Below, piece after piece: positions 1-15,066 of a stretch of 64,000 bases of DNA. Numbering within the stretch: position 1 is the stretch's first letter; each line of letters opens with the position of its first letter. Origin of the DNA: Eledone cirrhosa (taxonomy: Eukaryota); assembly GCA_964016885.1 (NCBI GenBank), contig OZ024756.1, positions 6,014,001 through 6,078,000 of the forward strand, written 5' to 3'. A program made the translations under genes and the position numbers. The notes beneath the pieces were generated by a model, which worked only from the letters and a program-made list of their open reading frames with translations, searched no databases and was not told where the DNA came from.

Positions 1-283
1 ATCTGAAATATCAATATGCATTCCTACTGTGCAGTATTTGAAACAACTTCTCAGCCATCAAAAATAGATGTATTCATAAATCTTTGTTGTTCTCTGCAGC
101 ATTTTAAATATGGTTTTTTACTCTGCTTATCATTAGATTCTTAAAATATCTCTCTTTCCATCTAATAGCATGGCTCCCTAGTCTATCATATAGAATTGAG
201 CATATTAACCTTCTCTCTACCAGATTGTAATATGTATAACTAATCGCTTTTGTCTTCACCAGGTTAGCTTCGTTGCGTTTTAC

Positions 284-980
<697 letters not shown>

Positions 981-998
981 TAAAACGCAGGGAAGCTA

Positions 999-1069
<71 letters not shown>

Positions 1070-1071
<2 letters not shown>

Positions 1072-1292
1072 CGCGTGTCGCTGAGTTGTTAGAGAATTAG
1101 AATTGGATTCGCAATCGTAAGGTTGTGAGTTCGATTCCTGGACGACCAGGTGATGCGTTATGTCCTTGAGCAAGACACTTTATTTCACGTTGCTCCTTCT
1201 ACCTGGAGTTGCGACCGATGGATTTTATTAGCGCTTGGAAAGACCAACGGAATCATTGTTCCGTCGGTCCGATTTGACGAAAGTCGATCGTT
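1070..1292 (+). mobile_element. tRNA-derived SINE with CORE-like domain
   Basis: B-box-like GAGTTCGATTCC followed by TGTCCTTGAGCAAGACACTTTATTTCACGTTGCTCC. Homologous copies at 33176-33375 (+) and 33728-33940 (-). Confidence 0.8.
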
Positions 1293-1482
1293 CCTTTATA
1301 TATATGTGTGTGTGTATGTAAGGATATATATGTTTATATATATAAATATATATGTATATAATATGTATATATTTATGTATATACAAATAAAATACAAATA
1401 AAATATAGAGTTATCACCTGATATTGATACCCTGAAATTAACAAGCTCAAAGAATAAATACTGAGCATTATAATATTAATAA

Positions 1483-1670
1483 GTGGATTGGCAGTATCGG
1501 TACAGGGCCGGGCGCCATGATTTGAAGCATACAGTTACCTCCCTTTATGATCTGATTTCAAATCCCGCCGAGGTAAACTTTGCCTTTCTTCCTTACGGGG
1601 TCGATAAAATAAAGTACCAGTAATACTATGGGATAATTGCTGGCCTTGTGCCTAAAGTACAAAAAATTAT
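1483..1670 (+). mobile_element. tRNA-derived SINE with Meta-type central domain
   Basis: GTGGATTGGCAGTATCGG head, TTCAAATCCCGCCGAGG B-box region and CTTTGCCTTTC.TCCTTACGGGGTCGATAAAATAAAGTACCAG domain. TSD ATTATAATATTAAT. Confidence 0.85.
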
Positions 1671-1789
1671 AATATTAATATGTGGAGAAGTAAACAGTAA
1701 ATTCTGCGTCTAGAATTAACAGGGTGAAATCTACCCTCGTAATTTTAGACGAAGAATTTACTGTGTTTACTTCTCCACATATTAATATT

Positions 1790-1983
1790 ATAATTGTTTC
1801 TACGTTAGGCACAAGGCCAGCAATTACCCAGTGCATTACTGGTACTTTATTTTATCGACCCCGTAAGGATGAAAGGCAAAGTTAACCTCGGCGAAAATTG
1901 AACTCAGAAGGGCAAGGGCCGTAACTCTATACGTGAAAGCATGGCGTCCGACCCTCTCCCAATGCTGCCAATCCACCGCCCTT
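1790..1983 (-). mobile_element. Meta-type SINE
   Basis: Reverse complement of the same SINE family, with a GGGCGGTGG head variant. Confidence 0.85.
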
Positions 1984-2215
1984 ATTATAATGCTCAGTAT
2001 TTATACTTAGAGCTTGTTTATGTCATGGTATCAATATGAGTTAGTAACTCAATATTTTATTTGTATTTCGGCTCCTTATCTGTTGAGCTTATAAAAATGA
2101 GTGTAAATGGACTATTATTTCTAGCATAACCACTCGCACCATGCATGACTTTCAACGCACGAGGAATATACTTCCGTGAGTTTCTTGTTATAGGTGTTTT
2201 GTATCATTTAATATT

Positions 2216-2307
2216 ATCTCTCGCTGACGAAATGCCTGAGGATCACTTGTTACAAACACAATTTTTTCAGGGCGAAACAGATTAAATCTTTAGTCTGTCC
2301 GAGAGAT
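2216..2307 (+). ncRNA. Type I hammerhead ribozyme
   Basis: Stem I ATCTCTCG/CGAGAGAT (8 bp), core CTGACGA (2224-2230), stem II GCCTGA..TCAGGGC, GAAA (2274-2277), stem III CAGATTAAA/TTTAGTCTG, GTC cleavage triplet. Confidence 0.9.
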
Positions 2308-2475
2308 GAAATCGTTATTGATGCGGTATGTATAGGAAATATTGTACCATAATGTATGCTTCAGTTTAAATATATATAACATTTATGGTGAAGTCTACCC
2401 TCGTAATTTTAGACGAAGAATTTACTCTTTTCTTCTTCTACACACACACACACATATATATATATATAATTATAT

Positions 2476-2941
<466 letters not shown>

Positions 2942-3020
2942 GTATGTATATATACATACATATGTATATATACATATAAATGTAAATATACATATGTATG
3001 TATATATATATATATATATG

Positions 3021-3096
<76 letters not shown>

Positions 3097-3100
<4 letters not shown>

Positions 3101-3212
3101 GTATAATAAACAATACAATATAATTACACCATTACCAGAGGTTTCCCGAATAAGACGAATACGAAAAACGTCCTCATTCGTTCGTCGGACAAGGCAATTT
3201 AAAACATAGTGC
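3097..3212 (-). mobile_element. Truncated HHR element (family of 6930-7154 and 19863-20178)
   Basis: Reverse complement carries the same HHR with core CCGACGA. Embedded in (TA)n. Confidence 0.75.
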
Positions 3213-3357
<145 letters not shown>

Positions 3358-3769
3358 AATATGAGTTTTTCGAATATTAATAATAATATTCGGTTCGTTT
3401 GCAATTATGCAAACAGCCTCTCTTTTAAACCATATCAGTAGAATGAGCCCCTCATCATTGCTCTTGTGTTAGCATGTAAATAGAACTGCAGACACTAATT
3501 CTTCTGGGTGATTACATTTAATCAGTGCAGTTTACTGTTCACCTGCGAACTGTCAGGGCTAGTGAAAACATATATTTTCTAAAATATGCAGTGAATGATC
3601 AGCCTGATTTGATATTAGTAGACTGACTGATCAGTCAGAAACAGATTACATTTATTGTATTCAGCCATGTAGAGTGATACATTTTTGGGTAGTTATATAT
3701 ATATATATATATATATATATTGATAGAATATATATATATATATATTGATAGAATATATATATATATAGA

Positions 3770-5089
3770 TTGATAGAATTTAATGACCAACTATGGACCA
3801 GAGCAGATAGAGATAGCAATTTTGACATTACTATGGGATCATCCGACTCAGCTCAGGTAACTGACCTTGTGGGCTTATTTTTAATCAATTCGCTGCATAG
3901 GAAATTACCTGGTACTACCGGAGGTTTATATAGAGATGACATGCTTTTACTTATTGATAATAATAACTCTGAACTAAATAGAAAAAGAAAACAAATTACA
4001 CAATTTTTTAATTACTTTAATCTAAAAACAGAAATTGAGAATCACCATAGAATAGTCAATTTCCTAGATATAACATTAAATCTCAACACATGTCTTCACT
4101 ATCCATTTCACAAGTTGAATGAAAACTTAAACTATGTCAGCTTTAACTCTAACCACCCCAGATCTGTTAAAAATACTATAGTAAACTCTGTTCAAAAACG
4201 TATCTCTAGAATCTCGTCTAATAGAAAGATTTTCGACGAAAAAGCCCAGTACTACAATGAAGCGTTAGCTAGAGCAGGATATAGTGATAAAATTATGTAC
4301 ATAGATAATGATAGACAAACTAAACAAAATAACAACTATTTGAATTACGGCCACAACCTTAACAACTATAATAGAAAGCATTACAATAATTCCAAAAGCC
4401 AAAAAAGAAATAGAACTAGGAACATAATATGGTTTGCCCCCCCTTTCTCACTAAACATTAAAACCCACATCGCTAAACTATTTTTTAAAGCTCTTGATAA
4501 TCGCTTCCCTAGAACACATAGGTATCACTCAATTTTCAATAGACATACTATAAAATTAACCTACTCATCCACCAAAAATTTAGCACAAAATATTAATAGA
4601 ATAAATAATAGGAACTTAAAACCTAGCGATAATAGCATAAATAATATACAAGTTCACAAATGTAACTGTAGAGATAGATCTAAATGTCCGTTAAATAACA
4701 ACTGCTTAGTTAAAAATATAATATACAACTGTAATGTTAAAACGGACTCTAATTCTTTTAACTACGTTGGTTCCACATCGACGGAATTTAAACTTCGCTA
4801 TAATAACCACAAGAATTCTTTCACAGATCCAAGCAAAAAATCTTCAACAGCACTATCAGGCGTACTCTGGCAACTTAGGCAAGATAACGTTAGATATTCG
4901 ACGGCTTGGAATATAGTCTCAAGAGGGATTCCTTTTAATTCATCCTCTGAGACATGTGACCTCTGCGCGGAGGAGATATTCTTTATACTAAAATCTAAAA
5001 ATTCCCTTAATCTACGGACAAATTTATTCAGTTGCTGCAAACATAGATTGAACTCAACTTTTAAATATAAATTTAAATTTAAAATGTAG
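3770..5089 (+). CDS. Penelope-like retroelement ORF, 5'-truncated: C-terminal half of RT plus GIY-YIG endonuclease
   Basis: RT motifs FDITMGS..AQVTDLVG, GLYRDD and VNFLDITLNL; thumb SNHP; IIWFAPPFS linker; CNCR..CPLNNNC zinc motif; NIIY..YVGST..FKLRYNNH GIY-YIG; CDLC..E. Begins at a (TA)n tract with no true ATG. Confidence 0.95.
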   Translation: MIEFNDQLWTRADRDSNFDITMGSSDSAQVTDLVGLFLINSLHRKLPGTTGGLYRDDMLLLIDNNNSELNRKRKQITQFFNYFNLKTEIENHHRIVNFLDITLNLNTCLHYPFHKLNENLNYVSFNSNHPRSVKNTIVNSVQKRISRISSNRKIFDEKAQYYNEALARAGYSDKIMYIDNDRQTKQNNNYLNYGHNLNNYNRKHYNNSKSQKRNRTRNIIWFAPPFSLNIKTHIAKLFFKALDNRFPRTHRYHSIFNRHTIKLTYSSTKNLAQNINRINNRNLKPSDNSINNIQVHKCNCRDRSKCPLNNNCLVKNIIYNCNVKTDSNSFNYVGSTSTEFKLRYNNHKNSFTDPSKKSSTALSGVLWQLRQDNVRYSTAWNIVSRGIPFNSSSETCDLCAEEIFFILKSKNSLNLRTNLFSCCKHRLNSTFKYKFKFKM

Positions 5090-6368
5090 TATATTTAGTT
5101 TGATTTGTAATTATTTATGTAACTAGCCGATAAATCTTTCGATTTCTTCTTTTTATTCTTCTTTTTATTTTTATTTTAAACATTCTTCATGAAAAATTAA
5201 ACTACCCTAAAAGTTGATGCTCCAAATATATCGAATAAATGTTACACTAGATAAACTTCTATATTAAATATAAGAACATATGTAGACCAAATGGGTATCC
5301 TAAACTTTTGAAATGATTTCTGCTAGACGTGATTGGGTAAATAATTTTTAGTTTTATCTGTTTTCGACTCTGATGCTTATAATGAACTTGGCAATATATT
5401 GTCAATTAATTTTGAAGGGTTGATCTTTGTGGTCGATTTGCGTGGCATGCTATGTTTTTATTTTTATTATTTTAATATTTTTTTATATTTTTAATATTTT
5501 TATTTTTAATATGTAATATTTTTTTGTTTTCTGTTTTATTTATTTATTATTATTTTTTGTTTTTGTTTCTGATATTTTTATTAATATATTGAAATCTGTT
5601 CTCTATTTCTGCTTGATAGATAATCATGTAGAGTAAAGACAAGAATAGTATTGTTAAAATTAATATAGACTCTATATATATGTGTATATATACACATATA
5701 TGTATACTTAAATTTTTATAGCACAATGAGAATGTTCTCCGTGTGAAATAGGAGTTTGCAGAGTTGATCACGTAAATTCACATCGATGTTTTGTAGTTAT
5801 CATATAAACATATGATTTTTTTAAAACTAGACATAAGATCATTACTTTTCACACATTATAGATACGTGTCTCATTCATGAATACTGATATTTACATTATA
5901 GTGCCTGTTTTTTATACGAACTAATATTTCTACATTGAAACATAGGGTTTTTAAATTCTGCCTCGCTTATGTCTGGTTACTTTTTTTCTCTCTATATAAC
6001 GGCTGGTTTCTCTCCTAACCACATATATCTCCCTTACATTAATACTAGAGCTAAATAAATAAATAAATAAATGTATCATTGATACGTCATTCAACGGATG
6101 TTCAACTACCTACTTTTCTCTATATATGTCTATCTCTATCTATTTCCTCTCTCTATATATCTCTCTCTGTTTCTTTACATGAAGTTCTTCTCTTTATCTA
6201 TCTTTCCATCTCTCTATTTAGTTGCATGCATTTCTTCTTTCTTTCTTTCTTTCCTTCTTTCTTTCTTTCTTTCTGTTTACAATTTTTCACTGCCAAATCA
6301 ACTTTTCAAATATAAGTCGATGTTGAACGGTATGTCAAATCTATTTATTTATAAAACTGTCTATATTG

Positions 6369-6434
6369 TATTTTGTCTGAAGAAGGCATAACATATTGTT
6401 AATATGATATCCCTGAAATATATATAATGAAATA
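6369..6434 (+). ncRNA. Type I hammerhead ribozyme within a dispersed element (about 6310-6477)
   Basis: Stem I TATTTTGT/ATGAAATA, core CTGAAGA, stem II AGG..CATATT-GTT-AATATG..CCT, GAAA, palindromic TATATA, then TA. Family copies at 14561-15020, 45072-45409 and 63932-64000. Confidence 0.85.
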
Positions 6435-6475
6435 AATATGGTTTTATAAATATAGTTTCCATTGATTTAATATCG

Positions 6476-6506
<31 letters not shown>

Positions 6507-6929
6507 TCTTTCTAAATTATTGTTCCATTTTTATAAATATATCGAGAATGACATTTTCCTTTTACTATTACACTCCCTTACCTCTTTTTCTTCCGCATAT
6601 AAGTGTACGCGCGTGTTTATGTGTTTATACGCGTGCCTTCATATTCTTATAATGTATCTAATACCCTGTTTTTCTGTATACCTGTCAACCAGACACTCAT
6701 ATTATGTCTGTGTCTGTGGTTACATATACACAGATATACTTGCCCTCATGCATATATTTACGCACACATTTTCACTATACACATACATTTGTACATACAT
6801 ACATATGTACATCTGTGAGTGTATATACATACATATACACACACCTAACTATATTTCCTTAAACATTTTTTTTATATATTTTATATGTCTATTGTATTAC
6901 CTTTATCTATATATATATATAATTTTGTT

Positions 6930-7151
6930 GGCATTTCTTGAGGAGACTTTCTAAATATTTCACTATGTTTTATATTGCCTCGTCCGACGAACGAATGAAG
7001 ACGTTTCTTTCGTATTCGTCTTATTCGGGAAACCTCTGGTAATGAGGTAATTATATTGTATTGTTTTTTATACATTAAATTTTGCTCTGGTACTTACATA
7101 GAGCACTCTTCACTCCTATGACTTTTTCTATTTTCAACGGAAACTTCAATA

Positions 7152-7154
<3 letters not shown>
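6930..7154 (+). mobile_element. HHR-bearing element 3' end with an approximately 80-nt tail
   Basis: Homologous to 3097-3212 and 19863-20178. Ends ..GGAAACTTCAATACT(TA)n. Confidence 0.8.
6974..7051 (+). ncRNA. Type I hammerhead ribozyme (core variant CCGACGA)
   Basis: Stem I ATTGCCTCGT/ATGAGGTAAT (10 bp including G-U), stem II CGAAT-G-AAGACG/CGTCTT-ATTCG, GAAA CC-TCT-GG TA. The sister copy at 20006 has canonical CTGACGA. Confidence 0.8.
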
Positions 7155-7249
<95 letters not shown>

Positions 7250-7933
7250 CATGTATATATATGTACATGCATTTATACATTTATAGATAGATAGATATTT
7301 GTGTTTCTCCATGGCTGTCTATTTGGTGCTAATGCTGGGGGTTAAACCAGTAACCTATCAGGATTTTACATTTCACTGTGTTAATGAATGACGTCTACGT
7401 CTCTCTATCTCTCTTATATAACATCTTATTTCACAGACCACCATTACATGTTACACTATACATATGTACGTTACTGTGTTGGACCTCCGTTGGTTTCGAT
7501 TTCTTGACACTGGAACATCCTGCTTAGAATATGAACGTGCATTGTTCGCGTATTCCACAGACACCTTAAAATAATTCTCAGTGATAGTCAACAATTTCTA
7601 TGAGAATATTGGTACATTGTATTATAAGTACAATCTATTCTTTCTTGTTTTTTCTTTTGCAGCTGAATGAACTGATGTAGTCTCCCCCCAAGAAGATGTA
7701 CTCCATACTCCTAAATATTACCTTGATCGCTGATCTAATCTTGAGCCCTGAATGTCTACATTTCCCTGATCTGCTGCGGTAATATTCTAACTTAAATGTT
7801 TCACTTTTGACGAGGAATTTTCCTAAGTTTACCTGACTGGTACTGGGTATTGAGATGGCGCCGAAATGTACCAACTTGTGTGTCGGCTATATTGAAGACG
7901 AAATACAGGATGGCACGCGAAAAATTAGTATAT

Positions 7934-8054
7934 GTTACGTAGCATAGTGTTCATTTTGAAATACATTTACATGTATATATAAATGTATTTCTGCATTTAC
8001 TCCATGTATATATACATGTAAATGTATTTCAAAATTTACACTATGCTACGTAAC
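7934..8054. repeat. Fold-back inverted repeat, about 50-bp arms
   Basis: GTTACGTAGCATAGTG..TTTTGAAATACATTTACATGTATATATA versus its reverse complement ending ..CACTATGCTACGTAAC. Confidence 0.8.
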
Positions 8055-8693
8055 TCGGGCTACTGGTTATATTCTCCACCTTATATGATTGTAAGTATAG
8101 TGCGTACATCTTATTTAGAACAACAATGACGTATAACATTATAGACACGGTGTTGGGAGTTTAACAAGTTTGATACGTGCACGGGATGAACATTTAAAAG
8201 AAAGAAATAAACTTCACACAAGAAATTATATTAATTGTCGAATCATCATCTTTATTACAGGAGTCTATTAACATATGATAGTGTTTGTATGTGTATCTGT
8301 AATTGTGACTGTTTGAGCGCGTGTTCTATCCTTTACAATATGAATGCTCTAATTTGTTGAAGGATTCTCTGTGTTTTCGTGTGTTTTAACAAGTATCGAA
8401 ATGAGAAAGTGTTCATGATTTAGTGTCTCTATATGAGTGGGTTTAAATATTTCTGTGAGCGCTGGGTTTACACACATGAATCTGTGTACATGGGTATATG
8501 TGTGAGTGCGTGTTTGAGCTTGATTTGATTTCTAAGAGAAAGAAAAAGAGAGAGTGAGACTAAACTTCAATGAGCATGGCGCTTTCGTTGACTTTGTGTA
8601 CATGCGTGCATGTTTACGTATATTTATATATACGTGCACATTTTGCAGGAGTGTCAGATTTGGTGTGGTTTTGACATGCCTATGTCATGTACA

Positions 8694-8696
<3 letters not shown>

Positions 8697-8753
<57 letters not shown>

Positions 8754-8786
8754 CCACTCGTTATCGAGTATGGCCATATATATATA

Positions 8787-8842
<56 letters not shown>

Positions 8843-8909
8843 CATACATGTACATATATATACATGTATATATACATATATATATATATACGTATACATA
8901 TATATATAC

Positions 8910-8940
<31 letters not shown>

Positions 8941-8989
8941 CGTATACGGATACATATATATTTATATATATATACATATATATATACAC

Positions 8990-9034
<45 letters not shown>

Positions 9035-9059
9035 CATATATATATGTACATATATATAT

Positions 9060-9094
<35 letters not shown>

Positions 9095-9131
9095 CATATA
9101 TATATGTACATATATATATATACATATATAC

Positions 9132-9164
<33 letters not shown>

Positions 9165-9325
9165 CATATATATATATACATATATATATACGTACATATA
9201 TATATATACATATATACACATATATATATACATATATACATATATATATATACATATATACATATATATATACATATATATATATACATATCTATATATA
9301 TACATATATATACACATATATATAC

Positions 9326-9375
<50 letters not shown>

Positions 9376-9497
9376 ATACATATATATATATATACATATA
9401 CATATATATATATACATATATATATATATAATATATATATATACATATATATATATATAATATATATATATATATATACATATATATACACACATAT

Positions 9498-9531
<34 letters not shown>

Positions 9532-9603
9532 ATATATATATATATACATAGATATACACACATATATATATATATATATACATATATATACACACATATG
9601 TAT

Positions 9604-9637
<34 letters not shown>

Positions 9638-9730
9638 ATATGTATATATACATATACAAATATACATACTTAGATACATATATACATACACATATATACA
9701 TACTTAGATACATATATACATATATTAGTA
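8697..9730. repeat. Long degenerate (TA)n/(TACA) microsatellite field, representative of many in the window (also 14160-14560, 18420-18930, 21270-22185, 23740-24210, 59467-60460)
   Basis: Direct inspection. These tracts generate the YIYI pseudo-ORFs. Confidence 0.95.
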
Positions 9731-12700
9731 TATATGCATGTATAGAAATATGGTTTTAGTGTATATCTTGTATATATGGGCTTATTTATATGTATGAGTA
9801 TGTGCGTGTGTATCTATATGTGTGTACGTTTGCGTATGGACATTTCTTTATCACTGTGTAAATGATGGTTTCATTTAATTCATTTTAATACGGTTTGGTT
9901 ATTATGATTGGCTGTGTGTGTGTGTGTGCGTGTTATTTTGTGTGCGTTAGTGTTTGTGTACGTATGTGTGTGTTCGGATTTGTTAGGCAAATTGCACGTG
10001 AGCGTTTTATAAAGTCGTTGATTAATTTTTTATTCATTCATTTATCATCGCATAGAAGAAGTGTGAGCAACATATATAGAGCCACTGCTATCTCATGCAG
10101 CCATTTTGTGCTGCTGCTGCTGCTGCTGTGGCTACTACTGCTGTTGCTGCAACTGCTGCTAGTTCAGACATAGTTTTATTATAATAAAAATAGAAAAAAA
10201 ATACAGCAATGATTGATAATCATGATGGTGATGATGATGATAATAGTAGCGGTAATAATGATGATAATGATGTTAATTCTCAGAATATCATTGGATAGTT
10301 AATAATAATTATAATAATAATAATAATAATAATAGTGATAATAATAAACATAATATTGATAATAATGGTTGTATTTATAACGATGTATATGATTTGTGTA
10401 AAAAAAAAAAATGAGGAAAATTAACAATATGTATACAAATAAAACACACTGGACACACATATAAAATCTTGATAATTGTTTTATAACTCTATTCAGTTGA
10501 ACATACGTAGCAAATTGAATTTAACACTGGAAAAAAAAATACCAACCTAATAAAAAATATAATAAACAAAAAGGAAGACAATTTAAAACTGTATTGACAA
10601 TTACCAGAAATAATCAATATATGGTCTTCATATTCAATAATTTTGTAATATTTTCGTTTTATTTTTTTAATCTTTTTATCATCTGTTTATCATCTTTCAC
10701 AACGAAACAATTTGGCTACCGAAGAAGAATTTAAAAAAAAATTAAGACAAAAAAAATTCTTTAAAAAAAACAATAATAAATAGCTGTAGTGGATTTAATT
10801 TTGGAGATGGAGTAAAAAAAATATAGATTCCGTACATGGAGTAAGAAATTCCAACAAAGTGGTATTCTAGAATAACTAGTTTTAGTAGAACACACAACCC
10901 CATAACGAATTGGTCTTTAGTATATTGTTTCTTTAATAAGGTTTATTTTCTTCTTAAGGTTCGTGGTCGTCGGGGTTACTTTGGTGATGATTACCTTGAA
11001 GTTACTGTTGAGAGTTAAACCTTGATATTTTTTTTATTCATGTAAGCAGGTTTGATATATCAGGCAAACCGTGATTCAGCGCAGTGCTTACAGTGAAAGT
11101 TGGAATCATCTTAACGACGCCACCAATCCAACATGTTATCCGCCATTGCAGTTAATATTTAAAATTTAGTTCAATAGTTTGATTTTTTTTTTTCAGTGCG
11201 ATGATATTTTTATTGAAAGGACGAACCAATTCCTTTAAATTTGATTTTGCGACTCAGCAGGGCTTTTGTTGTTCCATTTTCCTGTATTGTTATGATGTAC
11301 GGCAGAGGTCCTCGCTTTTCAGCTACATATTAGTGATACCGCAATCATGTTCAGTTGGTCATCCTCCTTGTAGAACAACTGAATCTATCATTGATAAAAA
11401 TACATATAAATATTTGCTTGGTATTTTATCCGATTCAAGTCTACAGTTTCAGACGATCTATCTGCTACACATTTACGGATTAAACAATATCGGTTCCATT
11501 TTCTATAATTCCTTTCTTTCGACTAATTTCGTCATAGCAACCTATTTGAATTTTTGTCTTCATTTCATTAATCACAAAGTTGATATCACCATTACACCTC
11601 AAACATTAGGTGAATAGTGTTTTGAATTGTAACAGCGCCACCTTACGAGCTGGAATAGCAGTCATATCTGAATACATTTGAACCAGAAGGTTGAAGCTGG
11701 CAACATGCCTCCTTGCTTTGCCTTAATCGATATTGCTTTTCAATGTTTTGGAAATAGATTTAGACCACTCTTAGTATAGTTTGGTGGGGATAGGTTACAT
11801 TTTCTTTTCATTGAATAACGTTTGAAATACTGTTTAAAAAACAAGCAGGACTTCTTGGCATTGCCAAAAAAAAAAAAACAGAGACATACTGCAAACTAAT
11901 TCATGGAAAATTCTTTCATAAAAATCTACTGACAAAGAGCTATCAGATATAAGAATAATTATGAAGCAATTTGTGTTAAAAATGTAATAAATATATAATC
12001 TTCATGAGTTATAGGGGGAATTCCAAGCTAGGATGGCACAATGGTGAGTCTACTTCTTTGTGTGGAATTCACTTAAGAGGGTTGCTGAGTGTAACTAACA
12101 AAACGAGAAACAAATTTTTCAAATTGAACAATATAACAATCTCTCATACGTTGTAAAATGTTCTGCTTCGCGTATATATTTTATATTCATTTTGCCACAG
12201 TTATCCAGTCATTCTTCTGTTTGAAATTGTATATTTAAATTGTTGTTCAAGAGAAGTATTACCAAGTTTAACTGTGGGGGTATATATAGATTCAGAGAAC
12301 AGTAAACTCAACAGTTACTGAAATGAAAGTGGCGGTGTTGTTTGTGTTTAAAAAAAAAACAATATTTTGTAGTTATAATCATAATAAAATATATCAGCTT
12401 ATTTATGTTGAGTACATGCACGAATGTCATTGTATTTGTATGTGTATGTTTGTGTGCGTGAACGTCAACGTGTGAGGGTGTACAGGGAGCTATGTTGATG
12501 GAGTGTAAACGTATTTGTTTTGCATCTTTTCTGTGTCTCTATGTGCGAATGTGTTTTCTACTGTATTATTTTTATTAGACAAGGTATATAAAATAATATT
12601 TTTATATTCTGTATTTTTATTCGTTAAATTTATCCTACTTCGACACACAATATAACCTTTAGTTGAATATCTTCTACTGAATAGTTCCAACATTTCAAGT

Positions 12701-12895
12701 GGTACCATTAAATGTTAAATTTGTAGATTGTCGTGCACATGGTACATAGTATTCTCCTGAAACTAGTAGTGTAAGACTGGTTAAAAGAGATTTGGTGACG
12801 AAGATAAACAACAGAATAAAATTGGAAAGAAGAAAATATTTTTGCAGTTAGAAATATAATTCATATTGCAGCCCAAAGAGGAAACATATATATAT

Positions 12896-13050
<155 letters not shown>

Positions 13051-13093
13051 AATATATATATATATATGTATATATATATAAATATATATATAA

Positions 13094-13141
<48 letters not shown>

Positions 13142-13331
13142 GAGAGGATATGTGATTGTGTGCGAATGGACGTGTGTATATGTGTGATTCATGATAATAT
13201 GTTCATTTCCTGACAGCGGTTTCTACCGATATCTACTCCTTAACTTTAGAAACGTGTTATAATGCATGTATGTATGTTTGTGCATATGCAGACACACACA
13301 CACACACACACACACAGACACACACACACAT

Positions 13332-13400
<69 letters not shown>

Positions 13401-13692
13401 TGTGTGTCTATGTATATATATATATATATATATATTGTATTAACCCAGGCTATGTCTAACTAAATCGCACCACTACAACATATATATAATATACATATAT
13501 ATAATTTACCGTATCTATCCTGTCTCAATTTTTGTACTCCCGAAGAAGGGCTCGAGCTCGACACGTCGAACTTTCTTTCTAGAGTAAAATATATTTGAAA
13601 AATGATGACAAATAGTCATTCGATAATGATCAAATTAGCAGTCATCAGTTAAGTCATACTTAGCATATTTCGTATATTTACCTGTGTGTGTA

Positions 13693-13774
<82 letters not shown>

Positions 13775-14398
13775 GTGTGTTTTTAAGTATGTGTGTGTGA
13801 ATGTGTTTAAGTGTGTGAGTGTAAATCAGACACACGCCATATACATACAGAGAGTAGTTTCCATCTGATTTTGAGAAAGCAATGGCAGTGCTTCAGTATT
13901 ACATATATATTTTATCTTAAACTAATGCATCTTACAATAACACATAACTGCCAAATTAATGATATCTAGTTGACAAGGCTGAATTACATTGCTCAAATTG
14001 ACTTGTTATTATTATCTAACACGTAATGCATTATATTACTTGGATCACCAGATTGTTTGAGCTACTGGCAACATAAAATATATGTATGTATAAAGAACTA
14101 TTTAAGGTGTGACATGACTGAAATTGGTATAGTTTAAATTATCCCCCCCTCTCTCTCTCTGTTTATATATATATGTATATATATATAAATATATATATAT
14201 ATATACATAAAAATACATATATATATAAATATATATATATATAAATATGTATATATAAATATATATAAATATATATATATATATATAAATATAAATATGT
14301 ATATATAAATATATATATATATAAATATAAATATGTATATATAAATATATATAAATATATATATAAATATAAATATGTTTATATAAATATATATATAT

Positions 14399-14431
<33 letters not shown>

Positions 14432-14452
14432 TATAAATATATATATATAAAT

Positions 14453-14487
<35 letters not shown>

Positions 14488-14494
14488 CATAAAT

Positions 14495-14527
<33 letters not shown>

Positions 14528-14560
14528 AATGTATATATATATATAAATATATATATATAT

Positions 14561-15020
14561 ACAATATTAAATAAATGGAAACTATATTTATAAAACCATA
14601 TTTATTTCATTATATATATTTCGGGGATATCATATTAACAATATGCTATGCCTGCCTCAGACAAAATACAATATAAACAGTTTTATAGATAAATAGATTC
14701 GACATCCCGTTATAACACCGACTTGCATTTGAAGAGGTTAAGACTGCCAGCTTAACCTCTTCAAATGCAAGTCGGTGTTATAACGGTATGTCGAATCTAT
14801 TTATCTATAAAACTGTTTATATTGTATTTTGTCTGAGGCAGGCATAGCATATTGTTAATATGATATCCCCGAAATATATATAATGAAATAAATATGGTTT
14901 TATAAATATAGTTTCCATTTATTTAATATTGTAAATATACTCCAAATATTTGTCGAGTGCTTTTATATCAGTTATAAATATTTACTAATTGTAACCCAAC
15001 AATTTTAAATATAACTTTCC
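14561..15020. mobile_element. Asymmetric fold-back HHR element
   Basis: Arms 14561-14742 and 14751-14932, tail to 15020. HHR motifs at 14603-14668 (-) and 14825-14890 (+), both with the same core mutation CTGAGGC. Confidence 0.88.

Positions 15021-15066
<46 letters not shown>

Larger units (their letters stand above)
1385..2430 (+). mobile_element. HHR-bearing non-coding element: inverted partial copy plus about 1.1 tandem units, interrupted by two SINEs
   Basis: Diverged inverted arms 1385-1725 and 1730-2068. Direct repeat GTGAA(A/G)TCTACCCTCGTAATTTTAGACGAAGAATTTACT at about 1724 and 2388 (663 bp apart, about 460 bp without the SINE). HHR at 2216-2307. Confidence 0.7.
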
